Assembly: GCA_017501645.1 (NCBI GenBank)
Contig: JAFVWN010000060.1
Coordinates: 91,063 to 155,062 of the forward strand
Direction of reading: 5' to 3'
Length of the DNA: 64,000 bases
DNA from: Clostridia bacterium
Lineage (GTDB): Bacteria; Bacillota; Clostridia; Christensenellales; UBA1242
Part shown: in pieces, positions 54,372 through 63,473 of the stretch
Position numbering within the stretch: the stretch's first letter is position 1
Layout: each line of letters starts with the position of its first letter
The notes under the pieces: model-generated
Database searches by the model: none
Told to the model about the DNA's origin: nothing
The model's input: only the letters and a program-made list of their open reading frames with translations
Position numbers and translations under genes: made by a program

Positions 54372-54809
54372 TCATAAGTTTTTACTCATTACAATGGCTG
54401 TTTTTTTACCATAATAATTTTTTCTTTCGCTTATTTTATCAAAACCAAACTTAAGGTAAAGGTTAATAGCTGGAGTATTATCCTCTTCCACCTCAAGAAA
54501 CATAGTTTTTACACCCCTTTCAGTTGCATTTTTTAAAATTTCAACCATAAGACCTTTAGCAAGTCCAAGTTTTCTGTATGACGGATTGACGCAAACTGAA
54601 AGAATGTCCCCTTGTTCATATGATATGCTAATTCCTGCGTAAGCGATAATTTCTTGTTGGTTATTAAGAACAACTAAATAGATATAATTGTCATTTTTTA
54701 ATACAAAATCAAAGTTTTCCCTTATGTTTATATCAAAGCATTTCTCCTCAAGTTTCTTTAACTCAATTTCATCTTGAGGCTCAGCTTTTCTCATTGAAAA
54801 CATTTTCAT
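54372..54809 (-). CDS. rimI: Ribosomal-protein-alanine N-acetyltransferase (GNAT)
   Basis: The GNAT core is RKLGLAKGLMVEIL...LEVEEDNTPAINLYLKFGF. It sits in the tsaE-tsaB-rimI gene order. Confidence 0.7.
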   Translation of the reverse strand: MKMFSMRKAEPQDEIELKKLEEKCFDINIRENFDFVLKNDNYIYLVVLNNQQEIIAYAGISISYEQGDILSVCVNPSYRKLGLAKGLMVEILKNATERGVKTMFLEVEEDNTPAINLYLKFGFDKISERKNYYGKKTAIVMSKNL

Positions 54810-54815
54810 AACTGC

Positions 54816-55409
54816 CTACCCTTTTAGTTTGTTTTCTCTTTGAAGTTCTGCCTGTGATTTTCTTAAATATAAAGGAATTAATTCTTTTGCAGACACCTCT
54901 TTCGCTCGGTCTAAAACTTCTACAAAGCTCATTGGTAACATATGAAAAACAGTATAACCCTGAAGCGTTAATCTCTCAGCCAATTGCTCGCTTGATGTTA
55001 TATATTTCTCAGTTTTAGAAAGACTAGAAATTTCTACACAGTCAGGTTTTCTTCGTTTTGATTTTTTGTAAACAAAATTTGAAAAAGCTTCCAATAAAAT
55101 TGGTAAATCGGCATCTTTTAAATAATCAAAACTAGTAAAAGCTTTAAACTTTATTTTATCGTCAAAACCAAAAGCTTTTGCAATTGTTACAGCAACTCGA
55201 AGCCCAGTAAAACTACCGGGACCAAGGTTTACAGCAATCTCATCAATATCATTTATAGTTAAATTTGCTTTCTTTAAACACTCATCAACAAGTCCCATAT
55301 AATTATCACAACTTCTTTGATTATCACTTACAAAACTAGCAAGCACCTGCCTGTTTTTCGCAACAACTACAGTAGGATAAGACGAACAATCCAGCAACAA
55401 AGTTTTCAT
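54816..55409 (-). CDS. tsaB: tRNA t6A37 threonylcarbamoyl-transfer complex dimerisation subunit TsaB
   Basis: It carries the NLGPGSFTGLRVAVTIAK motif and sits in the expected gene context. Confidence 0.75.
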   Translation of the reverse strand: MKTLLLDCSSYPTVVVAKNRQVLASFVSDNQRSCDNYMGLVDECLKKANLTINDIDEIAVNLGPGSFTGLRVAVTIAKAFGFDDKIKFKAFTSFDYLKDADLPILLEAFSNFVYKKSKRRKPDCVEISSLSKTEKYITSSEQLAERLTLQGYTVFHMLPMSFVEVLDRAKEVSAKELIPLYLRKSQAELQRENKLKG

Positions 55410-55493
55410 TTTTTCTCCTCACTTATGTAAAAATACACTAAATTTTAATATATTTTATACAAATAAAATTTTCATTTTATAATTTTTTAAATT

Positions 55494-55919
55494 TTATTCA
55501 ATTTCTTCAAACTTAATTTTCCTTGAAGTCTCACCTGTTTTTTCAATGGTGATTTTTTTGTGACTACCAACAAAAAGTTCCTCTGCCCTCTCTGGCCATT
55601 CAATAAAACAAATACCTACGGAATAAAAATATTCTTCAATACCTATATTAAAAAGTTCTTCAACAGACTCAATTCTATAAAGGTCAAAATGATAAATTGT
55701 TTTACCTAAAACATTATACTCGTTTACTATTGTAAAAGTTGGGCTTGTTACTTGAGATTCATCTCCACCATAAGCCTTTATAATACCTTTTACAAAAGCT
55801 GTTTTACCAGCCCCTAAATCTCCTTCAAGTAAAACTATATCACCTGCGGTGAGTTTTCTTGAAATTTGAAGAGCAATTTCTTTTGTGTCCTGTTCATTGT
55901 TTGAAATATATTCTTCCAT
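55494..55919 (-). CDS. tsaE: tRNA t6A37 threonylcarbamoyl-transfer complex ATPase TsaE
   Basis: It has Walker A GDLGAGKT, SPTFTIVNEY and HFDLYR. Confidence 0.85.
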   Translation of the reverse strand: MEEYISNNEQDTKEIALQISRKLTAGDIVLLEGDLGAGKTAFVKGIIKAYGGDESQVTSPTFTIVNEYNVLGKTIYHFDLYRIESVEELFNIGIEEYFYSVGICFIEWPERAEELFVGSHKKITIEKTGETSRKIKFEEIE

Positions 55920-56593
55920 TATAACACCTTACTTGTTCCAATTCTTGAAGCCCCGGCACGAATAAGTTCTTCGGCCTGAGCTCTTGTCCTTATTCCTCCA
56001 GAAGCTTTTATCATACATTTATTTCTTACTGTTTCATTAATAAGTGAAACATCTTCAACCCTTGCGCCTGCTGTACCATAGCCAGTTGATGTTTTAATAA
56101 AATCCACTTTTGCTTTTTCACAAACTTTACAAACAGACTTTATTTCATCTCTAGTCAAATAGCAAGTTTCTATAATCGCTTTCACGATTTTTCCCTTAGA
56201 AATCCTTACAATTCTACTTAACTCATTTTTAATGTGTGCATAGTCACCATCTTTTAATTTTCCAATATTAATAACAACATCTAGTTCATCTGCACCATCA
56301 GCAAGAGCCTGTTTTGCCTCAACCACCTTTGTTTGAATTGAGTTTGCGCCAAGAGGAAATCCAACAACCGTTACAATTTTTGTTTGAGACTTAACAATAT
56401 TATCAATATAATCTCTCGCAAATTTTACATTACAAGGATTTACACAAACACCATAAAAATTGTTTTTAATTGCTACATTTATAAGTGTTTGAATATCTTT
56501 TTCAACAGCTCTTGGGTCAAGCAATGTAAACTCAACCATCTCTTGTATTGTTTTAACAGGCTCTTCTTCCACCCGTTTTCTTTTAAACCACAT
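55919..56593 (-). CDS. deoC: Deoxyribose-phosphate aldolase
   Basis: Motifs present: FIKTSTGYG (Schiff-base Lys region) and IKASGGIRT. An AGGAG RBS lies 6 nt before ATG 56593. Its stop overlaps the tsaE start (TAATG). Confidence 0.85.
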   Translation of the reverse strand: MWFKRKRVEEEPVKTIQEMVEFTLLDPRAVEKDIQTLINVAIKNNFYGVCVNPCNVKFARDYIDNIVKSQTKIVTVVGFPLGANSIQTKVVEAKQALADGADELDVVINIGKLKDGDYAHIKNELSRIVRISKGKIVKAIIETCYLTRDEIKSVCKVCEKAKVDFIKTSTGYGTAGARVEDVSLINETVRNKCMIKASGGIRTRAQAEELIRAGASRIGTSKVL

Positions 56594-56680
56594 AGTCAAC
56601 TCCTAATACAGTATAACACACTAATTTATATATTTTAATATAGTTTTATAAAATTATATATTTTATACAGAAGAACCTTA

Positions 56681-57985
56681 CTATACTATAACTTTATAAA
56701 ACACATTATGAAGCACTGGTTTTTGTTTAGACATTTTAACAGCTTCTTTAATCAAATTTGTTGCTTCAGGAAAATTTTTATTACTGATACTATAAAATAT
56801 TCTAACTATTTTATCGCCATAATTAACTTTTGTCCCTTCACGCGCAAGAAGTACAATTCCCGCATTTCTATCAATAGTCCGTCCCTCACCATCAAGTTTA
56901 TCGTGCGCTTCATTAAGTTTACTTATCATAATATCACTTATATATCCACTATCTTTAGCAGTGATATACGAAACCGCCACACCATCAAGTAACGAATTTG
57001 ATTGGTGTTTCAAATCTTGATACTCACCATTATATTCTGCTATTATCTCTTTAAACTTATCAAGTGCTTTGCCTGAAGAGATAGCCTCTTCAAACATTTC
57101 AAAAGCTTCATTTCTACCCTTTACCACATTCATAAGACACAAAGAAACTATAACAAGTTCTCTTGAAACATCTAAAAGTTTGGCATCATAAAGAACTCTA
57201 TCGCTTCTAAGAACGGCAAGAACCTCTTCCATTTCAGTTCTTTCACCAATGCACGAACCAAGAGGTTGGTCGAGATTGGTTATAACACTCGCACAAGTAA
57301 AACCCGCAAGTTTACCAACCTCAACCAAATATGTAGCTAGTGTTTGAGCATATTTTGGAGATTGAGTTAGTGCCCCCTCTCCTGTTTTTACATCAAAAAC
57401 CAACACACTTGATCCCATTGCAATTTTTTTAGCAATAATTGAAGAGGCTATAAGAGGAATACTTACTATTTTCGCTCTTTTCCTTAATTTATATAGCATT
57501 TTGTCAACAGGAGCAATATCTTCTCCTTGCTCTATTAAACCAACTCCAACCTTTTTGATTTTTTGATAATATGACTTTGGAGATATGTTTGCATTAAATC
57601 CATTAAAAACTTTAAGTCTATCTAAAGAGTTTCTGTAATCACCATATTCACTTGCAAGCAACTTTACATTTTGAACTCCAAGTGATGCCATAACAGACAT
57701 AAATATTAATGATGTTGGGTCACTTACAAGGCCTGCACTATGTTTTTCAACCACCAAACCAACATTGTCTGCAGTTCTTAACATATGCCCACTCCTCGCA
57801 ATTGCATCAGCCAAATAATAGGTTTCTTCAAAAGAAAAATTAGACTCATCAATTATCTTCATAAAGTCTATCATTTTCCCATCGCTAACTTTACCGGTCT
57901 TATAACCGTAAATAATAAAATCAATCTCTTCTTTAGAAAGAGACACCCCTGATTTCTTTTCGTCTAAAATTTCATTTATGTTCAA
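56681..57985 (-). CDS. Pyrimidine-nucleoside/thymidine phosphorylase family protein with degenerate phosphate-binding motifs
   Basis: Family-level similarity runs throughout (SIPLIASSIIAKKIA, DVKTGEGA, DQPLG). A TTG start at 57985 with a GAGGTG RBS gives the canonical 434 aa, although the ORF is open to 58033. The motif reads HSAGLVSD in place of HSTGGVGD. Confidence 0.7.
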   Translation of the reverse strand: MNINEILDEKKSGVSLSKEEIDFIIYGYKTGKVSDGKMIDFMKIIDESNFSFEETYYLADAIARSGHMLRTADNVGLVVEKHSAGLVSDPTSLIFMSVMASLGVQNVKLLASEYGDYRNSLDRLKVFNGFNANISPKSYYQKIKKVGVGLIEQGEDIAPVDKMLYKLRKRAKIVSIPLIASSIIAKKIAMGSSVLVFDVKTGEGALTQSPKYAQTLATYLVEVGKLAGFTCASVITNLDQPLGSCIGERTEMEEVLAVLRSDRVLYDAKLLDVSRELVIVSLCLMNVVKGRNEAFEMFEEAISSGKALDKFKEIIAEYNGEYQDLKHQSNSLLDGVAVSYITAKDSGYISDIMISKLNEAHDKLDGEGRTIDRNAGIVLLAREGTKVNYGDKIVRIFYSISNKNFPEATNLIKEAVKMSKQKPVLHNVFYKVIV

Positions 57986-58079
57986 AATCTTACACCTCAA
58001 TAATAGTATATCAATTTCTTTTGTTTGACGCAAGCAATTTTAGTTGTATAAATTATTAATTATTAGCAATAATTATGTT

Positions 58080-58931
58080 ATGGAAAGAAGTAAATTCGCT
58101 CGTTTTATAGACAACACATCAATAATATTGATTGCCGATATATTATTTTTTTTCACACTTAAAAAATATTTAAGAAATAATTTGTTATGCATAACAATTG
58201 CTTTTGTTTTTGGATTTTTTTTGCTGAAAATTCTATTATATTTTCAAAACAGAAAATATTATAAACTGAATATTCAAAAAGAGGAAAAAAGACATATAGA
58301 GGAAATAAACTTTATATTAAGGACCATGGATAGTGTTGAACAAGTTTCTTTTTTTGCACAGCTCCTCAAAAATCAAAAGACAGAAAAACTAAAAGGCGGA
58401 CTATTAGTCAATGGCTCTTTATTTATGTTTTTTAATTTTTATGAGGATTCTCTATCCTCTTCGTTTATTATTAACACTTACCTAAAAATTAAAGAATTTC
58501 AAAAAGTTTTTCCTAGCAATAACATTCAAGAAGTTGTACTTATTTGCAATAGCATCAATGATGAAACAAAAATATTTTTAACAAAATTTACCGATATAAA
58601 ATTCACAATTTTTACCCCAATAGAAACCTATGCAATTATGAAAAATAACAACATATATCCTAACGGTTTCTTAACAGAAAAACCGCAAAATGCAAAAAAA
58701 ATAATAAAAATAAGCAACATTTTCAATCAAAACAAAGCAAAAACCTTTTTTAAGAGTTCTGCATTAATTTATTTTTCAAGTCTATTTATCCCCTTTACTA
58801 AATATTATTTAATTACCGCAGGAGTATTATTTATTTTGGGAATACTCTGTCTTTTAAAAAATAAACCTTTACCAATTTCTTCGCTTTCTAAGTCAATTCT
58901 TTTAGAAAACAACTTATCAAATCGTACCTAA
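58080..58931 (+). CDS. Membrane protein of unknown function (about 283 aa)
   Basis: The ORF has two N-terminal and two C-terminal hydrophobic helices. The start is uncertain (TTG 58044 or ATG 58080), and no clear RBS was found. Confidence 0.45.
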   Translation: MERSKFARFIDNTSIILIADILFFFTLKKYLRNNLLCITIAFVFGFFLLKILLYFQNRKYYKLNIQKEEKRHIEEINFILRTMDSVEQVSFFAQLLKNQKTEKLKGGLLVNGSLFMFFNFYEDSLSSSFIINTYLKIKEFQKVFPSNNIQEVVLICNSINDETKIFLTKFTDIKFTIFTPIETYAIMKNNNIYPNGFLTEKPQNAKKIIKISNIFNQNKAKTFFKSSALIYFSSLFIPFTKYYLITAGVLFILGILCLLKNKPLPISSLSKSILLENNLSNRT

Positions 58932-59007
58932 CATTTTACATTAATTTTAAAATCATAAGAACAGAAATTTTACCTAATTGTTTATTTATGACATCAACTT
59001 TTTACAA

Positions 59008-59036
59008 CAAAAAAAACACCCGACATTTCTGTCGGG
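59008..59036 (-). terminator. Rho-independent terminator after pheT
   Basis: The minus strand reads CCCGACA-gaaa-TGTCGGG followed by TGTTTTTTTT. Confidence 0.6.
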
Positions 59037-59043
59037 CATAAAT

Positions 59044-61416
59044 TTATTTTCTAATTTCAAGTTTGTTTTTTACAAGATGAGCAATCAAACCATTTAAAAA
59101 TTCATCAATTTCTTTTCCTTCTAAAGTATGGTCTTTTCCACTTAATTCGTAAGAAATTGTAACACTCTTTTTATCACCTAAAGCTTCACTTGTATAAGTA
59201 CCTACATATTCATAACCACTCATAATCTTTGAACGATATTTGTTAAGTACTTGTTCAAGTTCTCCATAAGTCATAGAGATTGGAGCTAGTATGCTTACAT
59301 CTAAATCAACTGATTGGAACTTTGATGGAACTTTTGCCTTTTTGAAATAACCCTCTTTTGAAGAAAGCATACCAAAATTAATTTCCATAGCAACAATATT
59401 CAATCTCTTATCAATTGCTGTAGCTGTTTTTGGATGAACAACGCCAACATAACCATAATCACCTTCACGGCTTGTAATTCTAAATGTGTTATATGGGTGC
59501 ATAAAGTTAGGCTTATCACCTTGCTTAAGAGTTATGTCAATAGCAAGGTCTTGTTTCGCATAGTCAACGATAAACTTTTTCATTTGTTCAAACAACTCTT
59601 CTTTTGTTTGAGTTTGGCTAGCAAATACAACAGCAAGCCTTTTTTCTTCATCAACAAGATTATTTTCATCAAGTCTTGGAGCTACTCTACCAACCTCAAA
59701 CACTCTAATATCACTAAGCATATTTCTATTTTCGCTAACAACTTTAAGCATTGTTGGAACAAGTTCGCTTCTTATACCACTTTGACCAGCATTTGAGCTA
59801 TCTTGAAGTCTAACAACAGGCTCCGTTTTAATATAGTGAGCATCATTGAAATCTTGATAATTCCATATATATGAATGAATTTCGACAGCATCAAACTTGC
59901 TTGCTAGCATTTTCTTTACTTCATACTCTTCTCTAATAGCTTTGTTAAGAGGAGTTGGAACAGGCTCAAAAGCAAGAGGCTTTGGAGTAATATTGTCATA
60001 TCCGTACATTCTTGCAATTTCTTCAACAAGGTCCTCTTTCATAGAAACATCTTTTGTTGCTCTATAAGAAGGAACTGTTGCAATAATTTCTTCACCTTTT
60101 GTCTCAACAGCAAAACCAAGAGCTTTAAGTAATGAAACAATTCTGTCCTTTGGAACTCTTTCACCAATTCTGCTTGCAATAAAGTCTTCAGTAATAGTAA
60201 TTACACTCTTATCATATTTCTTCGTATACTCATCAGTGAAAGCACTTGAAACAACAATATTTTTATCAATATTTTTTAGAACTTCTAAAATTCTACCAAG
60301 AGCAACAGGAACAAGTTCTGGGTCTAAAGATTTTTCATATCTTTGAGAAGCATCTGTAACAAGTCCAATTCCTCTGCTTGTTTTTCTTACAGAAACAGCA
60401 TCAAATGTAGCACTTTCAAATAAAACATTTGTTGTTGCATCTGCAATAGAAGCTTTGAGACCACCCTTGATACCAGCAATAGCAACAGGGACTAAATTAT
60501 TATCAGCAATAACAACAGAGCCCTCAGGAATTTCGTGCTCTTCACCTTCTAAAGTCAAAAGCTTATCACCTTCTTTAGCTTCAATAACTTCTATACCTTC
60601 AACCACATTATGGTCGAAAGCGTGCATTGGCTGACCAAGTTCAAGCATAATATAGTTAGTAATGTCTGCAAGAAGATTAATATCTCTCATTCCTGCATAA
60701 TAAAGCCTTACAGCCATCCACATAGGAGATTTTTTAACGGTTACATTATCAACTGAAATAGCTCCGTATCTGTAACAATTTTTAGCATTATTTTTAATAT
60801 GGAGTTTTTTAAGGCCATCAAATTTTGCAAGATCAACAGTTTCAAGAGGTTTTAATTGTCTGTCGAAGATTACAGCAAATTCACGAGCAAGACCATAGTG
60901 TCCCCAAAGGTCAGGGCGATTTGTTAATGTTTTGTTGTCAATTTCAAGAATAACATCATCTACAGGAAGATATGTTTTGATATCTTCTCCAAGAGGAACA
61001 TCTTCAGTAATATCCATAATGCCCTCATCATCAGCACCAATACCAAGCTCAAAAGCACTACAGCACATACCATTACTTTCAACACCTGCAAGTTTAGCTT
61101 GTCCAATTTTGTGTCCTTGAACAGCACCGCCAACAGTTGCAACACAGGTAACCATACCCTCTCTTACATTTGGAGCACCACAAACAATTTGTAAAACCTC
61201 ACTCTTAACATCAACTTTCAAAATATGAAGCTTTTGAGATTCTGGGTGATTTTTTACTTCTAAAATTTTACCAAATACAACTTTGTATGTATCTTTACCT
61301 TTATATTCTACTCCCTCGATTTCAGCAGTTGAGAGATTAAATCTTTTAACAAGTTCATCTGGCTCAATACCATCAAGGTCTACAAATTCTTTTATCCAAT
61401 TAATTGATATTTTCAT
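59044..61416 (-). CDS. pheT: Phenylalanine--tRNA ligase beta subunit
   Basis: 790 aa. The N-terminus is MKISINWIKEFVDL and a tRNA-binding domain is present (GKILEVKNHPESQKLHILKVD). It lies directly downstream of pheS. Confidence 0.9.
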   Translation of the reverse strand: MKISINWIKEFVDLDGIEPDELVKRFNLSTAEIEGVEYKGKDTYKVVFGKILEVKNHPESQKLHILKVDVKSEVLQIVCGAPNVREGMVTCVATVGGAVQGHKIGQAKLAGVESNGMCCSAFELGIGADDEGIMDITEDVPLGEDIKTYLPVDDVILEIDNKTLTNRPDLWGHYGLAREFAVIFDRQLKPLETVDLAKFDGLKKLHIKNNAKNCYRYGAISVDNVTVKKSPMWMAVRLYYAGMRDINLLADITNYIMLELGQPMHAFDHNVVEGIEVIEAKEGDKLLTLEGEEHEIPEGSVVIADNNLVPVAIAGIKGGLKASIADATTNVLFESATFDAVSVRKTSRGIGLVTDASQRYEKSLDPELVPVALGRILEVLKNIDKNIVVSSAFTDEYTKKYDKSVITITEDFIASRIGERVPKDRIVSLLKALGFAVETKGEEIIATVPSYRATKDVSMKEDLVEEIARMYGYDNITPKPLAFEPVPTPLNKAIREEYEVKKMLASKFDAVEIHSYIWNYQDFNDAHYIKTEPVVRLQDSSNAGQSGIRSELVPTMLKVVSENRNMLSDIRVFEVGRVAPRLDENNLVDEEKRLAVVFASQTQTKEELFEQMKKFIVDYAKQDLAIDITLKQGDKPNFMHPYNTFRITSREGDYGYVGVVHPKTATAIDKRLNIVAMEINFGMLSSKEGYFKKAKVPSKFQSVDLDVSILAPISMTYGELEQVLNKYRSKIMSGYEYVGTYTSEALGDKKSVTISYELSGKDHTLEGKEIDEFLNGLIAHLVKNKLEIRK

Positions 61417-61433
61417 TTCTTCTCTCTCCTTTT

Positions 61434-62465
61434 TTAAATCTTAGTTCCATATTGTTTTAAAAGTTTAACATTTCCGCCGTTAAGATGTCTAATATCATCA
61501 AGGCCAGTTTTAATCATAACAAGTCTGTCAAACCCAAGACCAAAAGCAAAACCGTTATACTTATCTGGGTCAATGCCCGCCTCTCTTAATACATTAGGGT
61601 GAATCATTCCGCAAGGGCAAAGTTCCATCCATCCAGTATGAGAGCACGCACCACAGCCTTTACCTGCACAAAGAGGACAAGTTGCATCAAGCTCAAATGA
61701 TGGCTCTGTGAACGGGAAGAATCCAGGACGAAGACGAACATTTACATCTTTTTTGAATACGCCCTTAAGCATCTCTTTCATAAAATAGATAAGATTTGCA
61801 ACGCTTACATTTTCATCAACAACAACGCCTTCAATTTGGAAGAATGTATTTTCGTGAGTTGCATCTAAAGACTCATTTCTAAAACATCTTCCCGGAAAAA
61901 GAACTCTACACTTTGGACCGTGAGTTCTTAAGATTCTGTTTTGAGCTGCTGAAGTTTGAGTTTTTAATACTTCACCATTATCAAGCCAGAAAGTATCTTG
62001 CATATCACGAGCAGGATGGCTTGCAGGCACATTAACCGCATCAAAGTTATTGTACTCAGTTTCAATTTCATTACCATCTTCAATAGTAAAGCCCATACTA
62101 ACAAACATATCTACAATTTGCTTTTGAAGAATTGTTCTTGGACTAAGAGCACCTGTACCAGTTTTTACTGGAAGTGTGCAGTCAATCCTTGGCTCACTTT
62201 CAAGTTTTTTGTTAAGCTCTTCCTCTTCAATCTTTTCTTTAAGTTCAGCAACAGAAGACTCTACATTTTGTTTTGCTTCATTAATAAGCATACCTATTTC
62301 TCTTTTTTCTTCTGCAGGAACATTTCTAAAATCTTGCATTAAAAGAGTAATAAGACCTTTCTTACCAATAAAATCCAAACGAAGTGCCTCTACTTCTTCT
62401 TTTGTTGAAACAGTTGCTTTTCTTTGCTCAAAATCTTTAATAAGCTGTAAAATTTTCTCTTTCAT
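61434..62465 (-). CDS. pheS: Phenylalanine--tRNA ligase alpha subunit
   Basis: Class II motifs are present (HPARDMQDTF, FRNESLDATHENTFFQIEG, GFAFGLGFDRL). ATG 62465 has an AAAGGAGA RBS. The ORF-track extension to 62498 would run into the T-box terminator. Confidence 0.9.
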   Translation of the reverse strand: MKEKILQLIKDFEQRKATVSTKEEVEALRLDFIGKKGLITLLMQDFRNVPAEEKREIGMLINEAKQNVESSVAELKEKIEEEELNKKLESEPRIDCTLPVKTGTGALSPRTILQKQIVDMFVSMGFTIEDGNEIETEYNNFDAVNVPASHPARDMQDTFWLDNGEVLKTQTSAAQNRILRTHGPKCRVLFPGRCFRNESLDATHENTFFQIEGVVVDENVSVANLIYFMKEMLKGVFKKDVNVRLRPGFFPFTEPSFELDATCPLCAGKGCGACSHTGWMELCPCGMIHPNVLREAGIDPDKYNGFAFGLGFDRLVMIKTGLDDIRHLNGGNVKLLKQYGTKI

Positions 62466-62483
62466 TTTTTTCTCCTTTAATAT

Positions 62484-62712
62484 AAAACGCCCCAGCAATG
62501 CTATGCACTGCTAGGGCGTTGTTTTTACGCTGTACCACCTAGGTTTACTTTACTTTTGTAAAGCCTCATTAACTTTTGTTACATGTTTAGTCACGGCTTG
62601 CCATTTCCTGCAAACAGCTCTTGTGATGAAATTCGCCAGTTAATTAAATCTTAATCAACAAATATATCCTTTCATATATCCGCTTACAGCCTAGGACGGA
62701 TACTCTCTTGAT
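62484..62712 (-). promoter_or_regulatory. T-box leader (Phe specifier) controlling pheST
   Basis: The minus strand carries a stem I AGAGAG, a specifier region GCGAAUUUCAUC (UUC at 62628-62630), and the T-box AAACCUAGGUGGUACAGCG (62528-62546). The terminator AACGCCCTAGCA...TGCTGGGGCGTT + TTTAT lies at 62484-62520. A promoter-like TTGACT lies at 62737-62742. Confidence 0.8.
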
Positions 62713-62794
62713 GAGTAATATACGCTACTTTGTCACAGTCAACGCTTTTATTAACTATTTAATTATAAAATAAAACTCAAATTTGTCAAGTGTT

Positions 62795-63133
62795 TTAGAT
62801 AAGTTGCACTTTAATAGCAACTACGCCATATTGCTTTTGCTCTTGAATAGAATAAAACTGATTCATATCATCACTACTAGCAACCTCATTTGGCTTATAA
62901 CCTAAAGCAACCTTATCATTATTAAGATAAAGTTCTTCAAAATTTTTATAAGTTGTAAGCTCTTTTACTGCGCAAAGTATTGTTTGAGTTTCATCATCTC
63001 TTAGAGCAAACTCAATCTTGTCCCCAACCCTAATCATTTGACGCTTTTCATCATAAAGACGCATTTCAATGGTTTTCATACCTGACTTTATTGAGTCAAA
63101 AGGTTCTTTGTTTAATCTTAATTTATGAATCAT
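62795..63133 (-). CDS. ASCH domain protein
   Basis: The N-terminus LRLNKEPFDSIKSGMKTIEMRLYDEKRQMIRVGDKIEF is typical of the ASCH beta-barrel. 112 aa. Confidence 0.65.
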   Translation of the reverse strand: MIHKLRLNKEPFDSIKSGMKTIEMRLYDEKRQMIRVGDKIEFALRDDETQTILCAVKELTTYKNFEELYLNNDKVALGYKPNEVASSDDMNQFYSIQEQKQYGVVAIKVQLI

Positions 63134-63163
63134 AAAAACCTCACTTTTAAAATGTTTAACAGA

Positions 63164-63457
63164 TTACTTAACCTCAAGAATATGCTTAACATTTTTCTTT
63201 GAAGAATATCTATAAACAACCAACTTTTTCCCAATTGAACAAACTGGCTCTGCGTGAACCTTTTGTGCAACCTCATTTAAAAGAGCTTTATAATCAAGGT
63301 CGCTCTCTAGAACAGTTATTTTAACAAGTTCACGAGCTTCTAAGTCCATATTAATTTGCTTTACAACATTTTCAGTTAATCCGTCTTTGCCAATGATAAC
63401 TGATGGTTGAATTGTACTTGCAATACTTCTAAGTTTTGCTCTTACTTTACTATCCAT
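63164..63457 (-). CDS. yhbY: Ribosome-assembly RNA-binding protein YhbY (CRM domain)
   Basis: The sequence reads LRSIASTIQPSVIIGKDGLTENVVKQI...ELVKI. ATG 63457 has an AGGAGA RBS, although the ORF is open to 63517. It lies downstream of obg. Confidence 0.8.
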   Translation of the reverse strand: MDSKVRAKLRSIASTIQPSVIIGKDGLTENVVKQINMDLEARELVKITVLESDLDYKALLNEVAQKVHAEPVCSIGKKLVVYRYSSKKNVKHILEVK

Positions 63458-63473
63458 TATTTTTTCTCCTATA

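Noticed and set aside
61998-62514. 112-114-aa plus-strand ORFs overlapping pheS and its leader.
   Set aside because: They are antisense to a well-supported aminoacyl-tRNA synthetase gene and to the T-box leader, and are S/F/L-rich chance frames.
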